DNA of 59,364 bases from Spirochaetota bacterium. Its GTDB lineage: Bacteria; Spirochaetota; UBA4802; UBA5368. Both the position numbers and the translations under genes were made by a program. Under the pieces are notes generated by a model. It searched no databases and was not told where the DNA came from. It saw only the letters and a list, made by a program, of their open reading frames with translations. Shown piece after piece: positions 44,700 to 54,300 of the stretch. The first letter of the stretch is position 1. The number at the start of each line of letters is the position of its first letter. The stretch spans positions 1 through 59,364 of the forward strand of contig JALOTJ010000002.1 in assembly GCA_025457965.1 (NCBI GenBank). Reading direction: 5' to 3'.

Positions 44700-46922
44700 T
44701 CAAGAGTTTTTTCCGGGCCTGTACGCCCCGGGCGTAAAGCGTTTTAGAAGAAGCGAGAAGCTCACCACGGTTACAGAGCTTGCCGCCATCGCAAGACCCG
44801 CGAGCTCCGGCTTGAACGCGATGCCGAACAAGGGATGAAGCAGGCCTGCCGCAACTGGCACAAGGAGCATGTTATAGGCGAAGGCCCAGAAGATGTTCTG
44901 CCTGATGCGCGTCATCACGGCGCGGCTCAACTGCAGGGCGGCAGGTACGTCAAGCAGCTGCTCCTTCATGAGCACGATTCGACCGCTCTCAACGGCGATG
45001 TCGGTGCCGCCCCCGACTGCGATTCCGATATCGGCGGCGGCGAGTGCCGGGGCATCGTTGATCCCGTCTCCCGCGAAGGCGACCGTCAGACCGTCCTTCT
45101 GCAGGCGTCGGACCTCTTCGGCCTTGCGCTCAGGCAGCACTCCGGAGATAACATCGAAGATACCCACCTCGCGGGCTACCGCTTCGGCGGTGCGCCGGTT
45201 GTCTCCGGTAATCATGGTTACCTGTATTCCCATGCGGCCAAGCTCCTCCACGGCGGCGGCCGCATCCTCGCGCGGGGAATCAGAGATGCCGGCGATGCCG
45301 ATAACGTTTCCGTCTAACGCACAGGCGACAACCGTCCTGCCGGCTTCTTCCAGTTTTTCGATGGCCGCCCTTGCCTCATCGCCGATGGGGAGGCCCTTTT
45401 CCATAAGAAAATCCACGCTTCCGGCGAGGACCGTTGCGCCATCGAGATGTCCGCTTACCCCCCTGCCGGCGTGCGTATCGAAAGAGCTGACTTCCCTGGC
45501 CACGGTTCCACGACGCCGTGCCTCGGCGATGATTGCCGCGGCGAGCGGATGGAGCGAGTCCTTCTCGACACCCGAGAGTATTTCCAGCAGTTCCGTTCGA
45601 TCGGTCTTGAGCGGCACGAGATCGGTTACGGCAGGCCGGCCGCGGGTAATGGTCCCGGTTTTGTCCAGGAGGATACTGTTGACGCGAGCCGAGGTCTCGA
45701 GCGCCTCGCCGTCGCGTATAAGGATGCCGAGCTCGGCGCCCCTTCCGATGCCGACGGTAACGGCCGTTGGTGTTGCCAGGCCGAGAGCACAGGGGCAGGC
45801 GATAACAAGGATCGATACCAGTGTGGTGAAGGCGAACAGGAGCGACTCGCCGGCGATGAAATACCATCCCGCGAATGAGAGCACCGAGATGGCGAGTATG
45901 GCGGGGATGAACCATCCGACGACGGCGTCGGCAATGCGCTGAACGGGCGGGTGCGACCCCTGTGCCTCTTTAACCAGACGGATGATCCCGGCGACAATGG
46001 TCGCGCTGCCGGTCCGCATCGCCTTCAGGCGCAGTACGCTGTTCAGGTTGAGCGTGCCTCCCGTGACCGGGTCGCCCTGTTTGCGGAAAACGGGAATGGA
46101 TTCGCCCGTGAGCATCGATTCGTCTACGGAGCTCTCGCCGGAGAGTACCTCGCCGTCAACCGGCACGCGCTCGCCGGGACGCACGAGGAGGATGTCGTCC
46201 GGTACGACCGAGTCGAGCGGCACCTCGGTTTCGCGGCCGTCACGGACCAGGATGGCGGTATCGGGATTAAGGGCCATGAGCTTTTTTATTGTGTCCGATG
46301 TACGGCCACGGGCCCGCCCCTCGAGATATCGACCCAGCATGAGGAACCCGGCAAGCATGAGCGCTGTTTCGTAGAACATGAAGTCATGCGGAAGCACCCC
46401 GAAGGTGCCGAGGAGGCTTGCGCCATAGGCCGCGCCGATTCCCATGGAATACATTACGTCCATGGTCAGGTTCCGGTTCCTGAGCGCGTGAGCGGCCGCC
46501 GAAAAGATCGGTGCGCTTACGTAGACGAAGAGCGGGGTGGCGACGATGAGCATGATCCATGAAAGCGGAAGGGCGTGCAGTCCGGGCGCATACATCATGC
46601 CCATCAAAATAAAACCCGAAACAAGCCCGATTATGAAGCGCACCCGCTTGGCCGACAGGTCGCGCTCGCGCCATTCTTCTCCGCGTTGCCGGTCCTCTTC
46701 GGAGTCCGTGCCGAGATACTCATACCCGGCATCCCGGATTGCCGCCTCCATGAGATTCAGATGCGCAGCGTCTGCGGTGCTCACGCTGGCGATCCCCGTG
46801 GAGTGGTTGACCGAAACGCCGCTGACCCCGTCAACCTTCAAAAGTGCATTCTCCACTGTGCGTGAACACATGACGCAGCTCATCCCGCCCACATGCAGCT
46901 CGATGGTTTTTTTTTCGCTCAT
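44700..46922 (-). CDS. copA: Cu(I)-translocating P1B ATPase
   Basis: [39 protein letters not shown] and MAASS. Confidence 0.95.
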   Translation of the reverse strand: MSEKKTIELHVGGMSCVMCSRTVENALLKVDGVSGVSVNHSTGIASVSTADAAHLNLMEAAIRDAGYEYLGTDSEEDRQRGEEWRERDLSAKRVRFIIGLVSGFILMGMMYAPGLHALPLSWIMLIVATPLFVYVSAPIFSAAAHALRNRNLTMDVMYSMGIGAAYGASLLGTFGVLPHDFMFYETALMLAGFLMLGRYLEGRARGRTSDTIKKLMALNPDTAILVRDGRETEVPLDSVVPDDILLVRPGERVPVDGEVLSGESSVDESMLTGESIPVFRKQGDPVTGGTLNLNSVLRLKAMRTGSATIVAGIIRLVKEAQGSHPPVQRIADAVVGWFIPAILAISVLSFAGWYFIAGESLLFAFTTLVSILVIACPCALGLATPTAVTVGIGRGAELGILIRDGEALETSARVNSILLDKTGTITRGRPAVTDLVPLKTDRTELLEILSGVEKDSLHPLAAAIIAEARRRGTVAREVSSFDTHAGRGVSGHLDGATVLAGSVDFLMEKGLPIGDEARAAIEKLEEAGRTVVACALDGNVIGIAGISDSPREDAAAAVEELGRMGIQVTMITGDNRRTAEAVAREVGIFDVISGVLPERKAEEVRRLQKDGLTVAFAGDGINDAPALAAADIGIAVGGGTDIAVESGRIVLMKEQLLDVPAALQLSRAVMTRIRQNIFWAFAYNMLLVPVAAGLLHPLFGIAFKPELAGLAMAASSVTVVSFSLLLKRFTPGAYRPGKNS

Positions 46923-47123
46923 ACCGCTTCCCTCCGGAGCAACCAATGTAATAATATAGCCCTGCCGGGTGGGGAAATCAAGCGGTCCGGGATGGATCAT
47001 TGAGGCGTCCGGCATTTTACCATTTTTACAGTACAGTGGTTGATTTTTTATGCATATGCCTGTATGCGGAGAGTGGGCGGGCGCCGCTGAGTCCGTTCGA
47101 AATGTCGGGAGTCAGGAGGCCGT

Positions 47124-48002
47124 ATGATGAAAATGACGAACGAGATCAGGGTGGGTCTAGTCATCACCGTGAGTTTTACCCTCTTTCTCCTGCTTGTGGG
47201 GATACTCGCCAAGGTAAACATCGCCCAGAGCGGTTACCGCCTGAGGGTTTATTACGGATTTCTGAATGATCTGCGTATCGGGGCTCCGGTAAAGATCGCC
47301 GGAGGCATTCGGATCGGCCAGGTCGAAGCGATCCGGCAGTCGTCAGAGAAGACCGAGGTGACGGTCTGGATCGACAAAAAGTTCCGTCTTATCCGTCCCA
47401 GCCAGTTCGCCATCTTCACCACCGGGATCATCGGCGAGAAATATATCAACGTATTCGTGCCTCCCTCGCGCGATATGGACGACTACCTGAAAGACGGGGA
47501 CAGGGTCTACGGTATCGACCCGCCCAGTTTCGACCAGATGATGCTGACATTCCAGGGCTTCATGCAGGACAAGAGCGGCGGCCAGATACTGGCCGAGATT
47601 TTCCAGAACTCCAACAGCTTCGTCGCCAACCTCAACAAGATGGTCGAGGAAAACCGTTACGACGTACGCCAGACCGTTTCGGTGAGCCGGGCGACCGTCG
47701 CCACGCTTTCGGTCCAGAGCAAAATACTGGTCGACCAGCTCAACCTGCTCACCAGGAACCTGGCCCAGATATCCGAGACCAACAAGGAGGACATCAACAT
47801 CACCCTTAAAAACCTTTCAGAGACATCGAGCCAGCTCAACAAGGTGATGTTCAGGCTCGAGAACGGGCGGGGCACGCTCGGCAAGCTGCTCAACGACGAG
47901 GAAGTGTATAACAACATACGCGACGCTTCGATCCTCGCCAAGGACCTTTTCTATACGCTGAAGATGGACCCCTCCAAGCTCCTTTTCAGGCCCAAGCAGT
48001 AA
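47124..48002 (+). CDS. MCE/MlaD-domain protein
   Basis: NEIRVG plus TM, L.IGAPVKI.G.IG.V, TGIIGEKYI, helical tail G.GTLGKLLND. Confidence 0.88.
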   Translation: MMKMTNEIRVGLVITVSFTLFLLLVGILAKVNIAQSGYRLRVYYGFLNDLRIGAPVKIAGGIRIGQVEAIRQSSEKTEVTVWIDKKFRLIRPSQFAIFTTGIIGEKYINVFVPPSRDMDDYLKDGDRVYGIDPPSFDQMMLTFQGFMQDKSGGQILAEIFQNSNSFVANLNKMVEENRYDVRQTVSVSRATVATLSVQSKILVDQLNLLTRNLAQISETNKEDINITLKNLSETSSQLNKVMFRLENGRGTLGKLLNDEEVYNNIRDASILAKDLFYTLKMDPSKLLFRPKQ

Positions 48003-49330
48003 TGGCGCGCAAGGCAAGCCCTTTCGTCTGTTCATCGTGCGGCGCCCAGACGCCCAAGTGGGCCGGGCGCTGCACCGCCTGCGGGGAATGGAACACGATC
48101 GTGACGGCGCGGCCCGCGGCGGGGGAAAAGCGTGAGGCAGCCCGTGTCATGGCGCTTTCGGATGTTGGTGAGGACGGGTTCGCCCGTATCGCCACCGGCA
48201 TAACCGAGTTCGACATGGTGACCGGAGGAGGGATCGTCCCCGGTTCGGTGATACTCGTCGGCGGTGATCCGGGCATCGGCAAATCGACCCTCGCGCTGCA
48301 GGTGGCGAACTCGTTCCGGACCTTTTATTTTTCGGGAGAGGAGTCGCCGGCGCAGATACGGCACCGCGCCGAGAGACTGGGGGTGGATGTCGGGAGGATA
48401 TCGGTCTCCACCGTCACTTCGGTGGAGGAAATCATCTCGGCGGCGGAAGCGGCCAGACCCGACTGCGTGGTGGTCGATTCGGTGCAGACGCTCTATTTCT
48501 CGGAGGTCCCCGGATACGCCGGTTCCGTCAGCCAGATCCGCGAGGCGACCTCCCGACTGGTGGACATGGCCAAGCGTACGGGTATACCCGTCATTCTGAT
48601 CGGCCATATCACCAAGGACGGGGCCATCGCCGGGCCGAAGCTCCTCGAGCATCTGGTCGATACGGTGCTGTATTTCGAGGGTGATTTTTCAAAGGACTAC
48701 CGGGTGCTTCGCGCCTTCAAGAACCGTTACGGATCGGTAAACGAGATCGGCCTCTTTCGCATGGAGGAAAAGGGCCTTGTCGAGGTGAAGGACAAAAACA
48801 GCCTGTTCCTCAATCCGTATCTTTCATCCTCGCCCGGCAATGCCGTCTCCGCGTCGCTCGAGGGCAGCCGCATCATCCTCTTCGAGGTGCAGTCGCTGGT
48901 AAGCTTCACCAGCTTCTCGAACCCGCGCCGGATGGCCGACGGTTTCGACCTGAACCGGCTCATTCTTCTCGTGGCGGTGCTCGAAAAGCACGGGCTTCTC
49001 AAGCTCGGCACCTTCGATGTTTTCATTAATGTCGCCGGAGGTTTTCATATAACGGAAACGGCGTCGGACCTCGCCGTCGCGATGTCGATCGCCTCGAGCC
49101 TTAAAAGTATGGAGATTCCGCCATCCACGGGGTTTATCGGCGAGATCGCGCTTTCGGGAGAGGTGCGGCACGTGGCGCAGTGCCACCGGAGGATCCAGGA
49201 GTTCGCGCGCTCGGGTTTCGCGAGGATCGTACTGCCGAAGGGCGGGCTGGATGAGGCGCGTCGAGCCGGCTTCGTCGGCGAGGTCGTAGAGGTCGGCACT
49301 ATTGCCCAGGCGATGGATCGTCTTTTTTAA
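48002..49330 (+). CDS. radA: DNA repair protein RadA/Sms
   Basis: C4 zinc finger, GGDPGIGKST, DSVQ, KNRYG, Lon-like C-terminus. Confidence 0.96.
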   Translation: MARKASPFVCSSCGAQTPKWAGRCTACGEWNTIVTARPAAGEKREAARVMALSDVGEDGFARIATGITEFDMVTGGGIVPGSVILVGGDPGIGKSTLALQVANSFRTFYFSGEESPAQIRHRAERLGVDVGRISVSTVTSVEEIISAAEAARPDCVVVDSVQTLYFSEVPGYAGSVSQIREATSRLVDMAKRTGIPVILIGHITKDGAIAGPKLLEHLVDTVLYFEGDFSKDYRVLRAFKNRYGSVNEIGLFRMEEKGLVEVKDKNSLFLNPYLSSSPGNAVSASLEGSRIILFEVQSLVSFTSFSNPRRMADGFDLNRLILLVAVLEKHGLLKLGTFDVFINVAGGFHITETASDLAVAMSIASSLKSMEIPPSTGFIGEIALSGEVRHVAQCHRRIQEFARSGFARIVLPKGGLDEARRAGFVGEVVEVGTIAQAMDRLF

Positions 49331-49940
49331 AAGCCCCTCCGGCGATAAACTCGTCCATCATGATGGTGAGCACGCCGTTCACCTCGAGCGACGGGTCCAC
49401 TTTTACAGCGATTTTCTGGACCAGTATACGAAAGAGCTTCTCGGCGTCGGTGAGCAGGGGAAGCTCGGCGACGTTACGGACAGGCCGGCTGCAGTGTTCG
49501 GGATCCTCCAGCGAATGATAGATGCGGCACGAAAGGGGACGTCCGTCATACACCGTGCAGATGTCGGTTTCGAGGAAGGGGCACGGAACGTTCTTCTCGA
49601 ACCAGACGGCGTTTTCGTCACCCCCCATGCTCCGTTCGTCAAGGAAGGTCCGTAGCAACGCGGCGTGTTCGGCGATGCGGCGGTTGATCTGGTCACGGTC
49701 GTAATCCGTGAAGGCGTATACATAGTCGATGAGCGCGAGCGCCTCGGCCCGGCTGGCAACGACGATGCGGGAACAGCAGCGCGAACAGCCCTTGAAGCAT
49801 GAAATGCTCCCCTGCGCTTCGCCGAGGATTCCCTGCAGGGGGGCATAGAGCGCGTAATGAAGCAGGGGAAAGTACGAGTCGTATTTTTCGAAGGCCTCGT
49901 CGATTCGCTTCTCGAGCATGCTGAACAGGTCGCCGGGCAT
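49299..49940 (-). CDS. YkgJ family CxxCxxCC cysteine-cluster protein
   Basis: SC.KGCSRCC, CPFL...CTVY..RPLSCR. Confidence 0.85.
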   Translation of the reverse strand: MPGDLFSMLEKRIDEAFEKYDSYFPLLHYALYAPLQGILGEAQGSISCFKGCSRCCSRIVVASRAEALALIDYVYAFTDYDRDQINRRIAEHAALLRTFLDERSMGGDENAVWFEKNVPCPFLETDICTVYDGRPLSCRIYHSLEDPEHCSRPVRNVAELPLLTDAEKLFRILVQKIAVKVDPSLEVNGVLTIMMDEFIAGGAFKKDDPSPGQ

Positions 49941-50247
49941 GGTCCGCTCCTTTTCCAGGGGGGTCGCCCCCGTTAATGGTTACACAATCGGGCCGTGTCA
50001 TGCCTCTGGCAAGTATTATTCCCGCTCATGCTCCGGCCGGCAGCGGGGAGCGGGAAAAAAGAGTTGCATTTAGGGTTTCGCTTCTCGATACTTATCATGA
50101 TGCGGGCGCATGCCGTAATCAAGACGTTATGGGCCTGTTTGTCTAGATCCTCTTTTCCGCCGTTCCATTCAAGAATCGCTCGCCTTGCGGCGTTTCGGCG
50201 GGACCGCATCGTTTGGCTTTACGACTTATATTTATTACTGGAAAGGA

Positions 50248-51249
50248 ATGATGAAGTTCAAGATACGACAGTACCAGAGCGGCTTCAGGATGCGCTTTAC
50301 CGAACGCTATCATATCTGGAAGAAGAAATACGGGAAATGGTGGGATGGATTCCGCGAAAAGGGGCACGAGCGGATGACGGTTATGTTCATCCCTCATAAC
50401 GAAAAGAAGATTTTCAATTTCCAGATTTCCAAGTTCACCATATCGTTCTTCGTTCTGCTCTTCATGGTCGTGGTTGTCACCTCGTCCTATGCCGTCATAA
50501 AGAACGCGAGCTCCAAGCGCGAGGAAGCGCGGCTGATGATGAACTACAGGGACGTCAAGTCCAGTCTTCTGCGTTTCGAGAAGCTTACAAATAATATCGC
50601 CGATCTGATGGAGGAGATGAAGCCCGATATCGAGGAGCTCTACGAGCTTTCCGCCGGAGACAACGCCAATGTGGGCAAAATATGGAAGCTCGAGACCGGG
50701 CAGATGGAGGCCGTGGTCGAAGATAAGAGCATGAAGCCGCTTCTGCCCGAGGAGATAGAGACGCTAAGGGAGCTTCAGAGAAACCTCATCTGCACCACCA
50801 ACACGATCAAGACCGTGAAGAATTTCGTCGACGTGCGCAGCAAGGTGATCAACGATACGCCGTCGATCGTTCCGACGCAGGGGCACATCACCTCGCTTTT
50901 CGGATGGAGGCGCTCACCCTTCGGTTTCGGCAGGGACTTTCATACCGGGATCGACATAGCGGCGCCCCACGGCGCGGAGATACGGGTGACGGCCCCCGGC
51001 ACCGTTCTGTCGACCGGATGGTCCGGCGGCTACGGTTACATGGTGAGGGTGCGCCACAAGTACGGTTTTGAGACGATATACGGGCACTGCTCGCGTGTCG
51101 TTGCCGGTGTGGGTGAAAATGTGCGGAAGGGCCAGATTGTCGCTCATGTCGGCCAGACCGGTTCGGCGACCGGAAACCACTGCCATTACGAGATACGCCT
51201 CGGTACCGTCGCGATAAATCCATACCCCTACATGAGCAGGATCTGGTAG
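50248..51249 (+). CDS. M23 family metallopeptidase
   Basis: T.MFIPH spirochete-type N-terminus, TM, coiled coil, HTGID, YGH, HCHYE. Confidence 0.93.
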   Translation: MMKFKIRQYQSGFRMRFTERYHIWKKKYGKWWDGFREKGHERMTVMFIPHNEKKIFNFQISKFTISFFVLLFMVVVVTSSYAVIKNASSKREEARLMMNYRDVKSSLLRFEKLTNNIADLMEEMKPDIEELYELSAGDNANVGKIWKLETGQMEAVVEDKSMKPLLPEEIETLRELQRNLICTTNTIKTVKNFVDVRSKVINDTPSIVPTQGHITSLFGWRRSPFGFGRDFHTGIDIAAPHGAEIRVTAPGTVLSTGWSGGYGYMVRVRHKYGFETIYGHCSRVVAGVGENVRKGQIVAHVGQTGSATGNHCHYEIRLGTVAINPYPYMSRIW

Positions 51250-51335
51250 TGGCTGCGGTGCGTACCGGTCTCCCGTTGCGGGCCCCAAAGATACAGCTTT
51301 CATATAAAATCTGGTGATAAACCGAAACCACGCCC

Positions 51336-54300
51336 ATGTTCCCGCGGCTTTCTCTCTACTGCAAGGTCCTCGCCGTGGGCGCCTCCCTCTATGTCATTAC
51401 CGCAGCGCTTTCGCAGGAGTTCGATGAAAACGCCGGTTTCCGCGAATCACTTTTAAAGTATATCGAAACACACGAAAAGGGCGAGGCACCGCGCGTCTAT
51501 GTGGAGCGGGAGCTTCATCCTGAAGCGGACGGGGAGCTGGAGCCCGCGCCGCTGACATACCGTAAGGGCGACTGGGGGAAATATATCATCGCCCCGCGCT
51601 ACCGCCTCCTTACGGAGGACGGTCGTTACGAGGATTTCCACATTGAGGAGCGAGACGAGGTTGACATCAACTCCTACGGCTCTTCGAAACTCAATCTCAA
51701 CTACGGGAAGTCCAGTTTTACCAAATCGCGCTACAAGCAGTTCGACCAGGACAGGCCCGTTTCGCGCGTAATCACAAGCGGCTACAGTCCCGAACATGAA
51801 ACGCAGCTTCACGTGGAGGGTCGCATCGGCCAGCGCTTCTCTGTATACATAGACCACGACAGCGCCAAGGCCGACAACACCTACCGCATGCAGTACCGGG
51901 CCGTTCGCGACGACGAGGTGATCCGCGAGATAAACGCCGGCCAGATCGACATCAAGATGAACAACTCGAAGTACGCCGTGTACGACGACACCGACGCCAA
52001 GGGGATGGGGATGGACACCACCATCCGCAAGGGGAATCTGCAGGTGAAGGCGTTCGGGAGCGTCACGCGCGGGGAGACCGAGGTGGAGTACTTCCGCGGA
52101 AATTCCTCTCCCGGGAGTGTTGCGCTCAGGGAATACCAGTTCGTTCGAAAGACCCATTTCCAGATCGAACCCTTCAAGCGTTACGACAACCTGATGATTC
52201 CGCCGGCAGATCCGTACACGACGATAGCCATGACCTCGGAGCCCGCGGACCCTCAGGCATACCTGCCCTTCCCGGTGAATATCGATACGTCCGGGTTTGA
52301 ACTCTACATGGACGATCAGAACCCGCTGAACAACCTTAACGCGATCCAGCTGTCCATGGACGGCGGTTATTATACGCGAATGGTCGCCGGTTCCGATTAT
52401 ACGATCAACTTCAACACCGGTATGATAAGCATCCTGCGCGCGGTTCCGCACTCCGCCCGTATCTTTGCCGTCTATACGATCGGCGGTGGTACGGCCACCT
52501 CGGACCCGGCGGCCCTCGTCCCCGGCGATCCGGCTCATCCGGGCGGAGTGTTCTCCGGGAAGGTATTCGTTTTCATCAAATACGGCTATTCGATTCACGA
52601 GGAGATCGGTGACGACAGGAACAACGACGGAAAACAGAACTTCGACATCTATGAGGTGAGATCCGTTTATTATATCGGCCAGAGGCAGGTGCTGCAGGAA
52701 AACTTCAAGCTTCAGTTTTTCGGCAACAACCAGCTCCTGACCAGGGGAGAAACGCTGAAGCTCGGGAAGTACACCGTTGACTATTCGAAAGGGACCGTGA
52801 GTTTTCACCTGAGAGAACCGTTCAAACAGGTGCTACCCGATCCGCCCGATACGATCCAGTCGCTTGTTTACGCGGAAAGCCAGTCGGCCCTGGTGGTCGA
52901 TCGCTCGGTCTACAGCATTCGCGTCGATTATTACCGCGAGGCCCGGAGCTTCCAGCTTAAACATTTTAATATAATCCCCGACAGCGTGCGCATCAAGGTG
53001 GACGGGCGCGAGATCGCCAGGTCCCTCTATTCAATCGACCACACGTCGGGTTATTTAAGTTTTGCAAATCCGAACAATCCACTCATCGGTTCGGAAACGA
53101 ACATAGAGGTGAAGTACGAATACCTTCCCTTCACGGCGGAGTCGCAGTCCTTTATCGGCGGACTCAGGGCCGATTATCGGCTGAGCAGGGACCTGGGCGT
53201 CGGTGGCACCTTCCTGTACACGCGCTCCTCCGGGGGAGAGATCATACCAATGGTGGGGAGTGAGCCCTCTCAGACAATGGTCTTCGAGGGCGACGCTTCG
53301 CTCAAGCTCTCCGAGGGACGTATAAAGGACATGCTCAACGCCGTGCCGGGGGTATCGCTAAACGCGGCGCCTTTCGACCTCAAGGCGTATGCCGAGTACG
53401 CCCGCAGCTATAAAAACATCAACACCTTCGGTAAGGGTCTTGTCGACGATATGGAATCATCGGAGGAGATAACCGGGGTTTCGCTGTCGGACAAGGACTG
53501 GATACTCGCCTCAATGCCCGATTCCCTACCCCAGGCCGAGCGGGGAAGGCTATACTACAAGTATTACCGTGATCCCTCGAACGCTGGTTCGCTGAAAGGG
53601 ACCGGCTTTACGCCTTATAACGTTCCCTACGAAAAGAAGCCCGGGCCCTACAATGTCGCGACCGGGCATGTCGAGAATTCGGTACGCGACCTCGATACCC
53701 AGCGTTCACTGGTGTTTGAGTTCGAGTTTGCCGGAGCCGAGTCGCGCGCTCCTGTCGTTACCCGGCGCCTCTCGTCGGAGGCGGTTGATTTTTCGGGCCT
53801 GCAGTACGTGGAAGTCTGGTATCGCGGAGAGGCGCTCAGCGCACCGGTCGATCTGTATATCGATCTGGGGAAAATCGATGAGGATTCAGATGGAGACGGG
53901 AGCCTGGATACCGAGGACCTCAATCGCAACGGTTTCCTTGATTTCGATCCCTCGGCGGGCATTCACGAGGATCGCGGGTATCCGTTCAACCCTGCCGGTG
54001 GCTACAATACCTGGGTAGGCACCGGGCCGCAACTCGGCGATTCCACAATGGGTGACGGGGTGCTGAACACCGAGGATATAAACGGTAACGGCGTGCTCGA
54101 CCGCTATGAGAGCGTGGTGCGCCTGCCGGGCGCGGCAACGCAGGGCGGTCCCATATCCGTCGCTCTGGGCACCGGAGACTGGCAAATGGTCAGGATCTAT
54201 CTTTCGCGCAGTACGATCACCGCAGAGCAGATTGAAATATTGAAACAGGTAGAGGCGGTGCGGCTTTTCGTGCACTCATTGTCTCCGGCCACGGGCAGAA

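Noticed and set aside
49299-49330. 32-bp convergent overlap of radA and the YkgJ gene
   Set aside because: Short 3' overlaps are common in compact genomes; no sign of special function
51453-52808. 451-aa antisense ORF, and similar ones at 27589-28719, 40863-41945 and 44893-45942
   Set aside because: Antisense shadows expected from high GC3 codon bias; no recognisable motifs
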